64,000 bases of DNA, taken from positions 1-64,000 of the forward strand of contig CAVQGX010000022.1 of the NCBI GenBank assembly GCA_963712115.1. The letters are read 5' to 3'. The DNA is from an uncultured delta proteobacterium. GTDB taxonomy: Bacteria > Desulfobacterota > Syntrophobacteria > BM002. The notes under the pieces were generated by a model, which worked only from the letters and a program-made list of their open reading frames with translations, ran no database searches and was not told where the DNA came from. The position numbers and the translations under genes were made by a program. Position 1 is the stretch's first letter. Each line of letters starts with the position of its first letter. Positions 42,192-52,501 of the stretch are shown here, in pieces.

Positions 42192-42246
42192 GAAAGAGTT
42201 TTTAGGTTAGGGGTTACTTCAACTCCAAAGACAAGGAGGGCAAGAG

Positions 42247-43705
42247 ATGAAGAGATTTGGGGTATTGTTGGTATTCGCCCTGGTGCTGGGCTTGGCCATG
42301 CCGGCTTTGGGGGCGGAATTTACCTTTAACGGCGATCTCAATAACCGGTTCACTGCCTACACCAATCAATCCGGTTTCTTTCGTGGTGCTGGCGAAACCA
42401 GTAATGATCCACAAAGCCGCCGCTAGCCGACTAAAAGATGACGGCCAGGACAACATGTGGGCCGGCGCCAAGTACCGGCTGTGGACGACGGCAGCCACCA
42501 ACGACGGCGCCGTCAAAGGTGTGTACGGTATTGAGTTGCGGTAACAGGCGTTATGGTCAGGCTGGTGGTGGCGGTTATTCAGGCGACGGAATAACCGTCG
42601 AAACCCGTTGGGCCTACACAGATTTGCAGCTTCCTTTTGTTGAGAGTAAGTCCAGGGTGACATTAGGACTGGCGCCGGTCAATGTAAACTACTACCTGTG
42701 GAACGAGACGGCCATGGGGGTGCAGTGGTACGGCGCCATGGATGAAATGTTCGACTACAGGCTCGCCTGGATCCGCGGCTATCGAGAGGTTTAGGGATAC
42801 TACCACCGGTGGTAATAGTGCGGATTCCTTCTTCGCCCGGGGAGATTTCAAGCCCATCGAGGGCATGACACTCGGCGTTTTCGCCATGTACACCAACAGC
42901 AGGGGAGACTCACGCTTCCGGAGAAATCACTGATTACCAATATGAGAAAAAGTTTATTGCCACCGCAGATGTTGACCTCAAGGTATATGAGCTTGGTGTG
43001 GACGGCGGCTACAAGGCTGATGTGGGCCCGGGCAACCTGTTTGTCAACTGGGACCTTATCTACCAGGGTGGCGAAATTAATGACGCCGAATTGACTATAA
43101 CGAACGCGACGGACGCAATTCTTGGAGGTCCGATCCCCGCCGATGATTATGACGTTAAGGCCTACTTCCTCCACGCTGATGTGGGTTTCGCCTGGGATGA
43201 CTTCAAGCTCACCTATACCTTCTGGTACGCCTCCGGCGACGAGGATCCCACAGATGGCGACCTCGAGGGCTTCTTCTCCACCGACGTTGACATCTTCACC
43301 GGCAGCACCGTTCTCATGGAGAGCTATGACGACGACAACTACTTCACCGAGCGCCCCTACATCCTGGACAAGGGCATGATCATGAACAGGCTGGGTTTGG
43401 ACTACCAGGCCACCGATAAACTAAAAGTCGGGGCAGCCATTGCGTACATGCAGACCGCGGAGGATATCGAGTATTTTGACGGCGCTGGCACACTAGCCGA
43501 CTCGGAGCAGAAAGAAGACGAAATCGGCTATGAAGTTATGGGTTATGTGAGCTACAAGCTCTACCAGAACGTGGAATTTGCCATAAATGCCGGCTACCTC
43601 TGGGCGGGAGACGCCATGGATTACTTCGAGGAGAACTCCATTAGAGACGGAAAAGCCGATGAGGACATTTTCCGCTCCATGGCCAGAGTCCGCTACGGCT
43701 TCTAA
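42247..43705 (+). CDS. outer-membrane beta-barrel porin (deltaproteobacterial type); several frameshifts in 42420-42930
   Basis: Signal peptide MKRFGVLLVFALVLGLAMPALG; alternating beta-strand pattern, YASGD, C-terminal YGF. Confidence 0.8.
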
Positions 43706-43741
43706 ACTTCAGGATTGCAGAATTCTTTGGGTTGTGTTTAC

Positions 43742-43773
43742 AATATGGCCGGGCATCCGCCCGGCCATATTTT
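43742..43773 (+). terminator. intrinsic terminator after the porin
   Basis: AATATGGCCGGGC-ATCC-GCCCGGCCATATTTTC. Confidence 0.8.
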
Positions 43774-43814
43774 CATGGGTGTGTCATTTAGTGGAAAATT
43801 TGCTCCTGACGGTT

Positions 43815-43988
43815 TATACGGAGCGTCAAGAGTATACGCGTACAGTCGATCAAAAGATCATCAGATGTAGGGGTGGGCTTTATGCCCACCCAATTGGTCG
43901 GCTTCAGCACTTTTTCGGGCGGGAATAAATCCCGCCCCTACGAAAACATTCCAAAAAGTATGCGGAATAGTTTGTGGCGCTGAATATA
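43815..43988. mobile_element. MITE/REPIN-like family C, second copy
   Basis: Homologous to 4614-4784. Confidence 0.7.
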
Positions 43989-44032
43989 ATTGGCCACCCT
44001 TGCTTACAGTACTTTTTCGGGAGGTTAAAAGA

Positions 44033-45790
44033 ATGATTGGCCGACCTTTCCTGAGGGGGATCATACTAGTTCTGGTTTTTTTCCTCGCTCTTTTCTCCGC
44101 ACCAACCCAGGCCGCAGTAATAGATGAAATATCCAGTGATTTCAAACCCATATCTGGCTACGTGATCATGGAGGCAGGGAGTGAATATCTCATCGACCTG
44201 GATGCCAGCAAGGGGGTGTCCGCGGGCGACCTCTTCAGTGTCACAACGCCGGGAGAAAAAATCACCCACCCGGTTACCGGGAAGGTGCTCGGCACCCTGG
44301 AAGAAGTCAAGGGGATTCTCAAGGTGACCCGCTTGCAAGCGGGGTTCTCCTACACCAGGGTCCTGGGTAAAGACGACGGCATCAAACGGGGGGACCAGGT
44401 CCGCCGCTACGAGAACATGCCCGCCCTTTTCTGGGATTACACCGGGAGGGGTGAGTCATTTTTCTATGAGCTGAGAAATACCCTCCCTTCTTTGAAATGG
44501 CTGGAATACAGCGCGATGCAGGGCAGCAAGCCCAAGACGCCGAGCAAGCCTTCAACCGGAGATGCGAGCTTGCTGTTCATTATTGATAAAGAAGGCCTTG
44601 AAGTGAGGGATGCGGAATTCCAGTTGATTCACCAATACGGGGTCCCCGAGTCTTTGGCGGCTGCTGGCTCAGCGGCTGCGGTCACTGTGGCTTCCCGACC
44701 CCCGTCTCCTAATGTAAAAACTGCTTCTCCACCTCCGCAAGTTCCCTACAAACTGGAAAAAGGTGGGGCAAAGCCTGAGAGAGGAATTACCTATGAAGCC
44801 ACTTTCCCAGGTTTCCAGGTTATGGGAACTTTTTCCCAGACAACGTTCATGGCTGATTTTGTCAGGGATGGTGACCGCATTCTGGTGGCGACCGCAGATG
44901 GAGCGGGATTACGTGTCTATCGCCTGGGTGAAAGGTTCGACCTGGTAGCCAAAGGGGACACGAGAAATGGCTCGTGGAACCTGGCGGTGCAATGGTGGCG
45001 CCCCTCCGGGAGTTCACCCCTTTACCTGGTTGTGACCGCCTTGTTCAACCAGCAGGTGGAGGGCACCATCTTCGCCTTGCAAGGGGAGCGGCTGGCGGTG
45101 GTAAAAGAGCGGATTCCCTATTTTCTGGGAGCTTTTGACCGGGATGGTGACGGGAACCCGGAAACCTTGCTGCGGCAGGACTTTGACCGAGACCTCTTTT
45201 GGGGCAGAGGGATACGAAAACTCAGACTGGAGAAGGGAGAGCTCGAGAGTTCGAGACCGGATTTCAAGCTCCCATCCAAGTTCAACGTCCTGGGAAGTTT
45301 GTTTGCTGATGTGACCGGTGACGGAAATCTCGAGACCATCGTGGTGCGGGACAAGGCGCTCTACATTTTCAATGGCAAGAAACAACTCTACCAGTCTCCA
45401 CCGGGGATGGGAGGGAGTCTGTCGGTGGCAAGCTACCGCGTAGACCCTGAGGCCAAGGACTTCCTTACCAGAACTGCTATGGTGGAGGTATCTCCGGTGG
45501 CAGCGGATCTCGATGGTGATGGGGTGGTGGAGATTGTGGTGGTGGCCTCGGAAAGCTTTCTTTTTACCGCCCCAGGGATAGCTCCCACCATCAAGAATCC
45601 CAGACTGGCGGTGGTAAAGTACCGTGATGGGACGTTTGTCAGAGGAACCATAGGAGACGAGGTGGGGGAGCCGATTCAGGGCATGACCGTTGCCGATGGA
45701 AAGTTGTTGTTCATTACCACGAACACCGGATCACTTTTTGGCAAGGGGGCGAGTACCCAACTTCTGGCCTTTCAGTTGGCTCAGCCTTAG
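44033..45790 (+). CDS. exported FG-GAP/VCBS-repeat protein with an N-terminal FlgT-C-like domain
   Basis: Signal peptide; IDLDASKGV..GD, ITHPVTGKVLG; DRDGDG, DVTGDG, DLDGDG repeats. Confidence 0.78.
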   Translation: MIGRPFLRGIILVLVFFLALFSAPTQAAVIDEISSDFKPISGYVIMEAGSEYLIDLDASKGVSAGDLFSVTTPGEKITHPVTGKVLGTLEEVKGILKVTRLQAGFSYTRVLGKDDGIKRGDQVRRYENMPALFWDYTGRGESFFYELRNTLPSLKWLEYSAMQGSKPKTPSKPSTGDASLLFIIDKEGLEVRDAEFQLIHQYGVPESLAAAGSAAAVTVASRPPSPNVKTASPPPQVPYKLEKGGAKPERGITYEATFPGFQVMGTFSQTTFMADFVRDGDRILVATADGAGLRVYRLGERFDLVAKGDTRNGSWNLAVQWWRPSGSSPLYLVVTALFNQQVEGTIFALQGERLAVVKERIPYFLGAFDRDGDGNPETLLRQDFDRDLFWGRGIRKLRLEKGELESSRPDFKLPSKFNVLGSLFADVTGDGNLETIVVRDKALYIFNGKKQLYQSPPGMGGSLSVASYRVDPEAKDFLTRTAMVEVSPVAADLDGDGVVEIVVVASESFLFTAPGIAPTIKNPRLAVVKYRDGTFVRGTIGDEVGEPIQGMTVADGKLLFITTNTGSLFGKGASTQLLAFQLAQP

Positions 45791-45901
45791 CCCAGAAATT
45801 CATGGAATATCTGGTCTAGTGATGTTTGGTATGTCCAAAAGAAAAAAATCTTTTGGTTTAAGTTGTTTGAATTTCATTCCCTCCGTTGTTCTACCCTATT
45901 T

Positions 45902-46124
45902 GAGACTGTTCAATAATTCAATCTTTGAACGGCTTAAGACTGTGACGTGCCTGGATCCCCGCCTACGCGGGGATGACCGGCGATCTCGTATTGTCGTCAT
46001 TCCCGCGAAAGCGGGAATCTAGGGTACTAGGAGCCTTTTACTGAGAGTTTCTTGGGGATAAATATCCGTAGCATGATGTCGTAACTAATTGATTTATCTC
46101 GTTAAAAAAATATTAAACAGTCTC
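45902..46124. mobile_element. MITE family B, second copy (inverted)
   Basis: Reverse-complement homolog of 11395-11618. Confidence 0.8.
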
Positions 46125-46546
46125 TATTTTTCTTTAGCGGAGTCACTGTTACATAGTATGGAAAAAGGCTTGATAAGGACATCATAGTCGGGCCCGTACA
46201 CATCCGTGATCCGAATCTTTGCCTCGGAGGTGGGTGTGCAGGGCACTTCCCAATCATAGGATGCGAATGGTTCATCCATCTTCATGCTCTTGACAATTTC
46301 TATCCAGTTCTTGCCATTATCTATCGAGTATTCGATTTTCACATATCGTATGGATCTGGAGATTTGCCATGATATTTTTTGCTTGCTCCCGGCGAGAAAC
46401 TTCTCTCCTCCCAATGGATTAACAATAGTTATCTTTCTGAAATCTCTGTCCTCACCGCGAGAACCAAAACTGTCACTCTCAGGGGCAAAACCCAGCGCCG
46501 TTACAGCGATGATAATCATAATGAGCACATAGAGGTGGTTTTTCAT
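46124..46546 (-). CDS. small exported Ig-like domain protein
   Basis: Signal peptide; ITIVNPLGGE...ISW...IEYSIDNGKNW...YDWEVP. Confidence 0.7.
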   Translation of the reverse strand: MKNHLYVLIMIIIAVTALGFAPESDSFGSRGEDRDFRKITIVNPLGGEKFLAGSKQKISWQISRSIRYVKIEYSIDNGKNWIEIVKSMKMDEPFASYDWEVPCTPTSEAKIRITDVYGPDYDVLIKPFSILCNSDSAKEK

Positions 46547-46745
46547 CTTCTTCGTTCCTTTCTAAAACAGGCTTTTTAGTTCTTAAACACAAAACTTTAT
46601 CGATAAAAATAATCATTGGCTTGGAAAAATAAAGACAAACGGATGGACTGATCCCTCGTATTTTAGCTATCCTGGTGTACTTTAGCAGCTGAAACCTGAG
46701 GTGTTTGGTCCGAAGGCGAGGGAGAGTGCGATGGTTGAATGCCGA

Positions 46746-47286
46746 ATGAGACAGTTTGTCATTCTGGCTGCAACAATAATTTTCACTGCGGCGATGACTC
46801 TCGGTTGCACTGCAAATAAGTCTGCGACTCCCAGTGAAGTGGATGAGGTGGAGATCAAAATCATCGATCCTCTCAAAGCTTTTGAAGAGGAATACAAGGC
46901 TATAGGCGAGAAGGTGGAGGAAGGTTCCCTTCAGCGCCGAGGTCATGAGCAGCGCAAGTGAAATCCGCATGGGGCTGCAGAAGTACTTAATAAAGACAGA
47001 GGCGCAACTGGAGATTCTCAGACTGGATGTTCTGCACGGTGCCGAGGCCCAGCGGCAAAGGGCGCTGAACCAAATAGTTGAACTGGTTGCGGAGCGAGAG
47101 CAAACCAAGATATCTTACTTGCAACAGTTGCAAGCTCTAAAAACCGGCGGCAAGACATCTGAAGACAAGACAGGTATAAAAGGGACGGCCAAGGATCTGG
47201 ATATTAAAATTAAAATAGCACCAGAGGATATTGGCGATGGTGAAACGGCCTTGACTGTTGCGTCGCTAACCGAAAAATCCCCCTAA
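46746..47286 (+). CDS. putative lipoprotein; frameshift near 46925
   Basis: Lipobox MTLGC; ORFs 46701-46961 and 46945-47286 overlap into one helical protein. Confidence 0.55.
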
Positions 47287-47362
47287 ATCCCCCTTTACAA
47301 AAGGGGGACTTTTATGATCCAGTTCCCTGTAACCCCTCTTTGATAAAGGGGCAAATTCCCCC

Positions 47363-47946
47363 TCACTCCTTCAATTTCTTCAGCAACCATGCCATGTTGA
47401 TACTCCAAGATCGCTCATGGTCTTTATTCCCTCCTCGTCCTTTTCAACCTCACCTGGATCCAAGCCGTAGCCTAAATTCCAATATGTTGAGCCTGGAACT
47501 ATCATCTGGCCGATGAGGAAAAAATAGTTCACCGCTGAAAATGCGGAAACAGCCCCTGCCCTGCGGGCGGCTATAACTGCTGCCCCCACCTTGCGCTTGA
47601 AAAGATCTCCATTCATCCTCGCCACCAAACCGGCGCGGTCGATGAGGGCCTTCGCTTCCGTGGAAATGTTGCTGAAATAGGTGGGTGAGCCAATAATGAT
47701 CCCGTCCGCCTCGATCATTTTCTCGAGACAATCATTGAGAATGTCACCTTCTTTGCCGGCGTGGCACCTGGAGTCCTTTTTCTCCCCGCATTTGTAACAG
47801 GCAATGCATCCCCTGATCTTTTTCTTGCCCACCTGGACCAACTCAGTTGAAATTCCGTCCTTTTCCAGTTCCTCAAGCACTACATTGATCATTCTAGAAG
47901 TATTACCATTCTTTCTGGGACTACAGTTGAAAGCCACAATTCGCAT
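47363..47946 (-). CDS. iron-sulfur flavoprotein (Isf)/flavodoxin-family protein; frameshift near 47402
   Basis: SPRKNGNT, CIACYKC...C, GSPTYF; canonical end NMAWLLKKLKE in the shifted frame. Confidence 0.88.
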
Positions 47947-48290
47947 TCTTCTACCTCCTTCGGATAGGTCCAATAAATTTCCCCCAGCGAACGGTTAAGG
48001 TGGGGGTGAAAATCCGCATGGCGCAGAGGGTTAAAGGCCCAGGGCGCAAGGCTCAAGGCCCAAGGCAAGAATTTAGTAGTCAGTAGCCAGGTAATCAGAA
48101 TCCAGTAGGAAATCTGTAAATTCGCAATCCCAAATCAGCAATCCCAAATTATCAGAGTGCCTAGTGCTTAGTGCCTAGTAAACCTCTGTCCTCCGTCCTC
48201 TTTTCTCTGCTTTGATCGCCGCGTCGCCGTCTCTCCCCTTCACCGCGTCGTCCTCCTGCCTGCTGCATGCTGAGGAATAGCGCTCTGCGA

Positions 48291-50222
48291 TTAACTTCCC
48301 ATTATTCTCTTCACCGAGGGATAAAGGTCCATGTCGGTGTGGGGTAGGAAAAGGGCCGCTACGAACTCATCGTAAAACTTGGGGTCAACTGAGAGTTCGA
48401 AATAGGTCATCTGCCGTGCCAGGGTGTTGGCTCGCGCCAGAGCATGTCTGGAAAGCAATGCCATTCGAGCCCCGGTGAGGGAGCTGTTGCCGATAAATTT
48501 AATTTTCTCAGGGGGAAGATCGGGGAGGAGGCCGATAAAGATAGCTTTTTCTATATCCAGATAGTTGCCGAAGCCTCCTGCCACCAAGATCCTATCCAAG
48601 TCTTCAAATGACATGCCAACACTGTTCAGTAGTAGCCGCATGGCTGCAAGAATGGCGCCCTTGGATTTAATAAGATTGCTTATATCGCTCTCAGTGATTA
48701 CCACGCTCTTTCCTGTTTCTGTCTCATCTCCATGGGCCAGCACAAATTCCATGTCGCCTTCATTTTGTTGCACTCTGGGATTAGCAGAGTCTCTGGGAAA
48801 TTTGCCACTGGGATCGATGATCCGGTTGCGGAAGAGTTCGGCAATGGCGTCAATCAAGCCGGAGCCGCAGATTCCTCTGGCTTTGGCCCCACCTATGGTG
48901 TCATAATGAATTTTGTCCCCTTCTATCTGCACCTTCTGAATGGCGCCTTTTGTAGCCCGCATGCCGCATTTGGTGCCACTTCCTTCGAAGGCCGGCCCAG
49001 CGGAAGCAGAACAGCAGACCAGCCATTCATTGTTGCCAATGACGATTTCGCCATTGGTGCCAATGTCTATTAAGGCCGAAATCTGCGCACTATTACTTAT
49101 ACCAGAAGCCAAAACTCCGGCAGTGATATCTCCACCCACATAAGAGCTTACCCCTGGCATGCAGGTCACCCTGGCGTTGGGGTGTAAATGGAGATTTAGT
49201 TCGGCAGCGGATGCTGAAGGTAGAAAGTTGGCAGTGGGGATATAAGGTTCCAAGCGAATGGTGCAAGGCTCTAGACCCATGAAAAGATGAGTCATAGTGG
49301 TGTTACCTGCGGCGGTAAAAGCGGTAACGTTGCTGGACTCCACCCCATGTTTTTCCACCAGAGTATCTATGAGAGTATTTACCGGCTCAATGACAGCTGC
49401 ATGGATAGGTGACAAGCCACCACGGCTGCAGGCATAGATCATCCTTGAGATTACATCTTCGCCGTACCTGGCCTGCTGGTTGTGGCTAGCCTCAACTCCC
49501 AAAATGGCGCCACTGCGAAGATCCACCAACTGAGCGACAATGGTAGTGGTGCCGATATCGCAGGCAATGCCGTAATTCTCTGCGCAGGTGTTGCCCGGCT
49601 CAAGGGAGAGAATTTCTATACAGTGCTCATCAAGAGGGTAAATGGTTGCGGTGACCTGCCATTCATTTTCACGAAGCATGCTAGCCATACTTCGGAGTGC
49701 AGGTAGAGAAATCTCAAGAGTAGGCGCCTGGATCTTCTTGCGTATTTCCCTATACACCCGATCAAGATCCGCCAGGTTATCGGTAAGGGAGGGCTTGGGA
49801 AGAGACAGGTAGATTTTCTGAGTCACAGGCATGTATAGAAGTGAAGGGATATCCAGAGTATCCTTTACTTCAAGGTCCTGGGGCGCTTGGTAGCAGACCA
49901 TAGATTCGGTAGTGAGAATCTGCTCCTCTTCCAGACGCGCCTCGGGAGGCACCCAGACTTCTAAATCTTCTCTGACCTCAGTCTGGCAGGCGAGAACAAA
50001 GGCTGCATTGATCTCCTCCCGGCTCAGGAATCTGATGCTCTGACTGGTGGGTTTTGCCTCACCACGGGTAATTTGCACCTTGCATTTTCCGCAGACGCCC
50101 TCGCCACCGCAGAGGCTGTTAATATAAATGCCAGCTTCGGCGGCCGCCTCGAGGATGTTAGATTCTCCCTCCACCTCTATCTTGGCGCCCACCGGTTGAA
50201 AGACCACCTTGTGTTTGGCCAT
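48291..50222 (-). CDS. ASKHA-domain reductive activator of corrinoid proteins (RACo/AcsV-like) with an N-terminal 2Fe-2S domain
   Basis: CGGEGVCGKC...LACQ, DIGTTT, GEDVISR, DIGTNGE, SAGPAFEG, GICGSG, AGGFG. Confidence 0.93.
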   Translation of the reverse strand: MAKHKVVFQPVGAKIEVEGESNILEAAAEAGIYINSLCGGEGVCGKCKVQITRGEAKPTSQSIRFLSREEINAAFVLACQTEVREDLEVWVPPEARLEEEQILTTESMVCYQAPQDLEVKDTLDIPSLLYMPVTQKIYLSLPKPSLTDNLADLDRVYREIRKKIQAPTLEISLPALRSMASMLRENEWQVTATIYPLDEHCIEILSLEPGNTCAENYGIACDIGTTTIVAQLVDLRSGAILGVEASHNQQARYGEDVISRMIYACSRGGLSPIHAAVIEPVNTLIDTLVEKHGVESSNVTAFTAAGNTTMTHLFMGLEPCTIRLEPYIPTANFLPSASAAELNLHLHPNARVTCMPGVSSYVGGDITAGVLASGISNSAQISALIDIGTNGEIVIGNNEWLVCCSASAGPAFEGSGTKCGMRATKGAIQKVQIEGDKIHYDTIGGAKARGICGSGLIDAIAELFRNRIIDPSGKFPRDSANPRVQQNEGDMEFVLAHGDETETGKSVVITESDISNLIKSKGAILAAMRLLLNSVGMSFEDLDRILVAGGFGNYLDIEKAIFIGLLPDLPPEKIKFIGNSSLTGARMALLSRHALARANTLARQMTYFELSVDPKFYDEFVAALFLPHTDMDLYPSVKRIMGS

Positions 50223-50224
50223 TC

Positions 50225-51610
50225 TTAACCCCTAACTTTCCTATCGACTTGGATATCAAAAGCCTTGAGTCGCTTCCACAGGGTCACCCTGCTGATGCCG
50301 AGGATTTCGGCCGCCTTCGATTGGTTTCCACCGGTGGTGTCCAAGGCCTCCAGAATCCTCTTTCTCTTCTCCTCATCGCTTTGCCTTTTCGCCGCCCGGA
50401 GCTTTGAGGTCACCCTGGGCTGTTTTCCTGTGACTCGGGCGGGGAGATGGCTTGGCATGATCTCGCCTTCGTGGCAGAGAACAAAGGAGTATTCGATGAC
50501 ATTTATCAATTCACGGACATTACCGGGCCAGTCATAGTGGAAAAGCAGGTCCAAAGCCTCCTTACTCATTCCACTGATGGGTTTGTCAGTCTTGAGGCGG
50601 ATCCTGTTGATGAAGGTTTCTAACAGCAAGGGAATATCTTCCCGCCGCTCCCGCATGGGCGGAAGATAGATTGGAATCACTCCTATACGGTAATAGAGGT
50701 CCTCACGAAAACGGTCCTCTTCCATGAGTCTATTCAGATCTTTGTTGGTAGCGGCTACAATGCGGACATCTATTTTAATGGGGCGGTGGTCCCCAACCTT
50801 TTCGATCTCCTTTTCCTGGAGAACTCTCAAAAGCTTGACCTGGGTGGAGAGGGGAAGGTCGCCAATTTCATCTAAGAAGATGTCGCCGCCGTTGGCTGCC
50901 TCAAATCGCCCCACCCGGGTCCGCTCCGCGCCGGTAAAAGCTCCTTTTACATGACCGAAAAGTTCGCTTTCAAGAAGAGACTCGCTTCAGGCTGCGCAGT
51001 TTACCTTAATATAAGGACCATTTCGCCGAACCCCCAGTTTATGAATTGCCTCAGCCACCAGTTCCTTCCCGGTACCGCTGTCTCCATAAATAATAACTGG
51101 AGCCTCAGATTGGGCCGCACTAGAGATTAAATCAAAAACCTGGCGCATGGCCGGAGATTTTCCAAGGATTCCTTGGAAGCCGTCCTTGCTGCTCAATTCT
51201 CGACGAAGGCGGGTGATGACCCTATCTTTTGATACCACCTCGCTGAGGTCGGTAAGGGTCTCCACACCCCCAATCACCCGGCCATCGACATCTTTCAAAA
51301 CTGCTGCATTCTTGTGTACATAGAGAGGTTCTCCGTCCTTTTTCCGCAGCATGCACTTACGGCGCGTTACCTGGCCCTCCTTGAACAGGGCGCAGTACTT
51401 GTCATGCCCCTCAGCCCTGGTTCCAAAGCAGGTGTCACAATCCAGTATTGCACAAGACTGCCCAACAAGCTCATCCCTGTTGTAGCCGGTAATAGTCTCC
51501 ATGGCCTTGTTGATTGAGATAATCACCCCTTCCAGATCCACCACCATCAGCCCATCGGCCATGGTATCAACGATGGTCTTCCAGTACTGGCTGAACTCCT
51601 CCTGAAACAT
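50225..51610 (-). CDS. PAS-domain sigma54-dependent Fis-family activator (in-frame TGA at 50987-50989, probably an error)
   Basis: PAS; GDSGTGKE; [24 protein letters not shown]; DEIGD; WPGNVREL; HTH. Confidence 0.9.
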
Positions 51611-51711
51611 AATCAACCTGACTCCGGGATTTTGTTTTCTCAATCACCTTGAAATAAAGAAGCAGAAGTTCCTAGCAAACAAGTGTTAATTTCAGTCAAA
51701 AGATAAACAGA

Positions 51712-51740
51712 TGTTAAGTGTAAACCATTGACAGTTAACA
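51712..51740. promoter_or_regulatory. palindromic operator/enhancer
   Basis: TGTTAAGTGTAAA-CCA-TTGACAGTTAACA (arms match at 11 of 13 positions). Confidence 0.6.
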
Positions 51741-51816
51741 ATCAATAGGCGGACCCAAAAAATATTTTTTTATAAGCAAAACAGCTATATATAGAATAGA
51801 TTGTAGCCAGACCCTA

Positions 51817-51832
51817 TTGGCATGCATATTGC
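51817..51832 (+). promoter_or_regulatory. sigma54 (-24/-12) promoter of the tusA-hdr operon
   Basis: TTGGCATGCATATTGC matches TGGCAY-N5-TTGC. Confidence 0.78.
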
Positions 51833-51915
51833 CGAAAAAGGATTCGAGCCTGCCTGACAACCCCTTTTTCACCTCCCCTGGCGGGAGGGGAAAAGGGGAG
51901 GGGGGGAAAGGGATT

Positions 51916-52170
51916 GTGGAAAAAAAAGGTGAAGCAAACAAGGTCATCGATCTTCGCGGAATGAGCTGTCCCTGGTCCATTCTCAAAGCCAAAAGCCAAC
52001 TGATCACCATGGAGCCGGGAGAAGTCTTAGAGGTGCTCTCTGGCGATCCCATGTTGATCAAAGATTTCCCCAAAGTGCTGGGCAATAGAGGCCACCAACT
52101 CATTCAGATCAAAGATAAACAAGAGTTTTCGACGGCTTTATGTGCGCAGGGGAAAGAGCGAACAGGGTAA
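51916..52170 (+). CDS. TusA/SirA-family sulfur carrier
   Basis: IDLRGMSCPWSILKAK, GEVLEVLSGDP; probable GTG start; 3' end may be frameshifted. Confidence 0.82.
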   Translation: MEKKGEANKVIDLRGMSCPWSILKAKSQLITMEPGEVLEVLSGDPMLIKDFPKVLGNRGHQLIQIKDKQEFSTALCAQGKERTG

Positions 52171-52234
52171 ATAAAATAATTCTCCGGTTTTCAAACCGGA
52201 TATTGTTCTTAACCGTAACCGACAGGAGGAAGCA

Positions 52235-52489
52235 ATGACAAGCACGGATCTAAACAGTATTGAGGCTGCAAGTGTAGTGGATGCCCGTGGCAGCGCCTGC
52301 CCCGGTCCTTTGCTGGAGGCTAAGAAGGGCATAGGAAAGGTCAAGGTGGGAGAGGTCCTGGAAATACTTTCCAACGATAGCGCCACCAAGAATGACATTC
52401 CGGTGTGGGCCAATAAGGTAGGACACGAGTCTCTTGGCTATCTGCAAGCAGATGGCTACGACCGCATCTTCGTCAGACGGAAAAAATAA
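52235..52489 (+). CDS. TusA/SirA-family sulfur carrier
   Basis: VDARGSACPGPLLEAKK, GEVLEILSND, DIPVWA. Confidence 0.9.
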   Translation: MTSTDLNSIEAASVVDARGSACPGPLLEAKKGIGKVKVGEVLEILSNDSATKNDIPVWANKVGHESLGYLQADGYDRIFVRRKK

Positions 52490-52501
52490 ATGGATAGGAC
52501 T

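Noticed and set aside
50987-50989. In-frame TGA in the sigma54 activator as a possible selenocysteine
   Set aside because: It aligns with the conserved Leu of NCAAL, not a Cys. GCC TGA AGC is simply explained by compensating indels of GCC CTG AAC, and no SECIS-like hairpin was evident.
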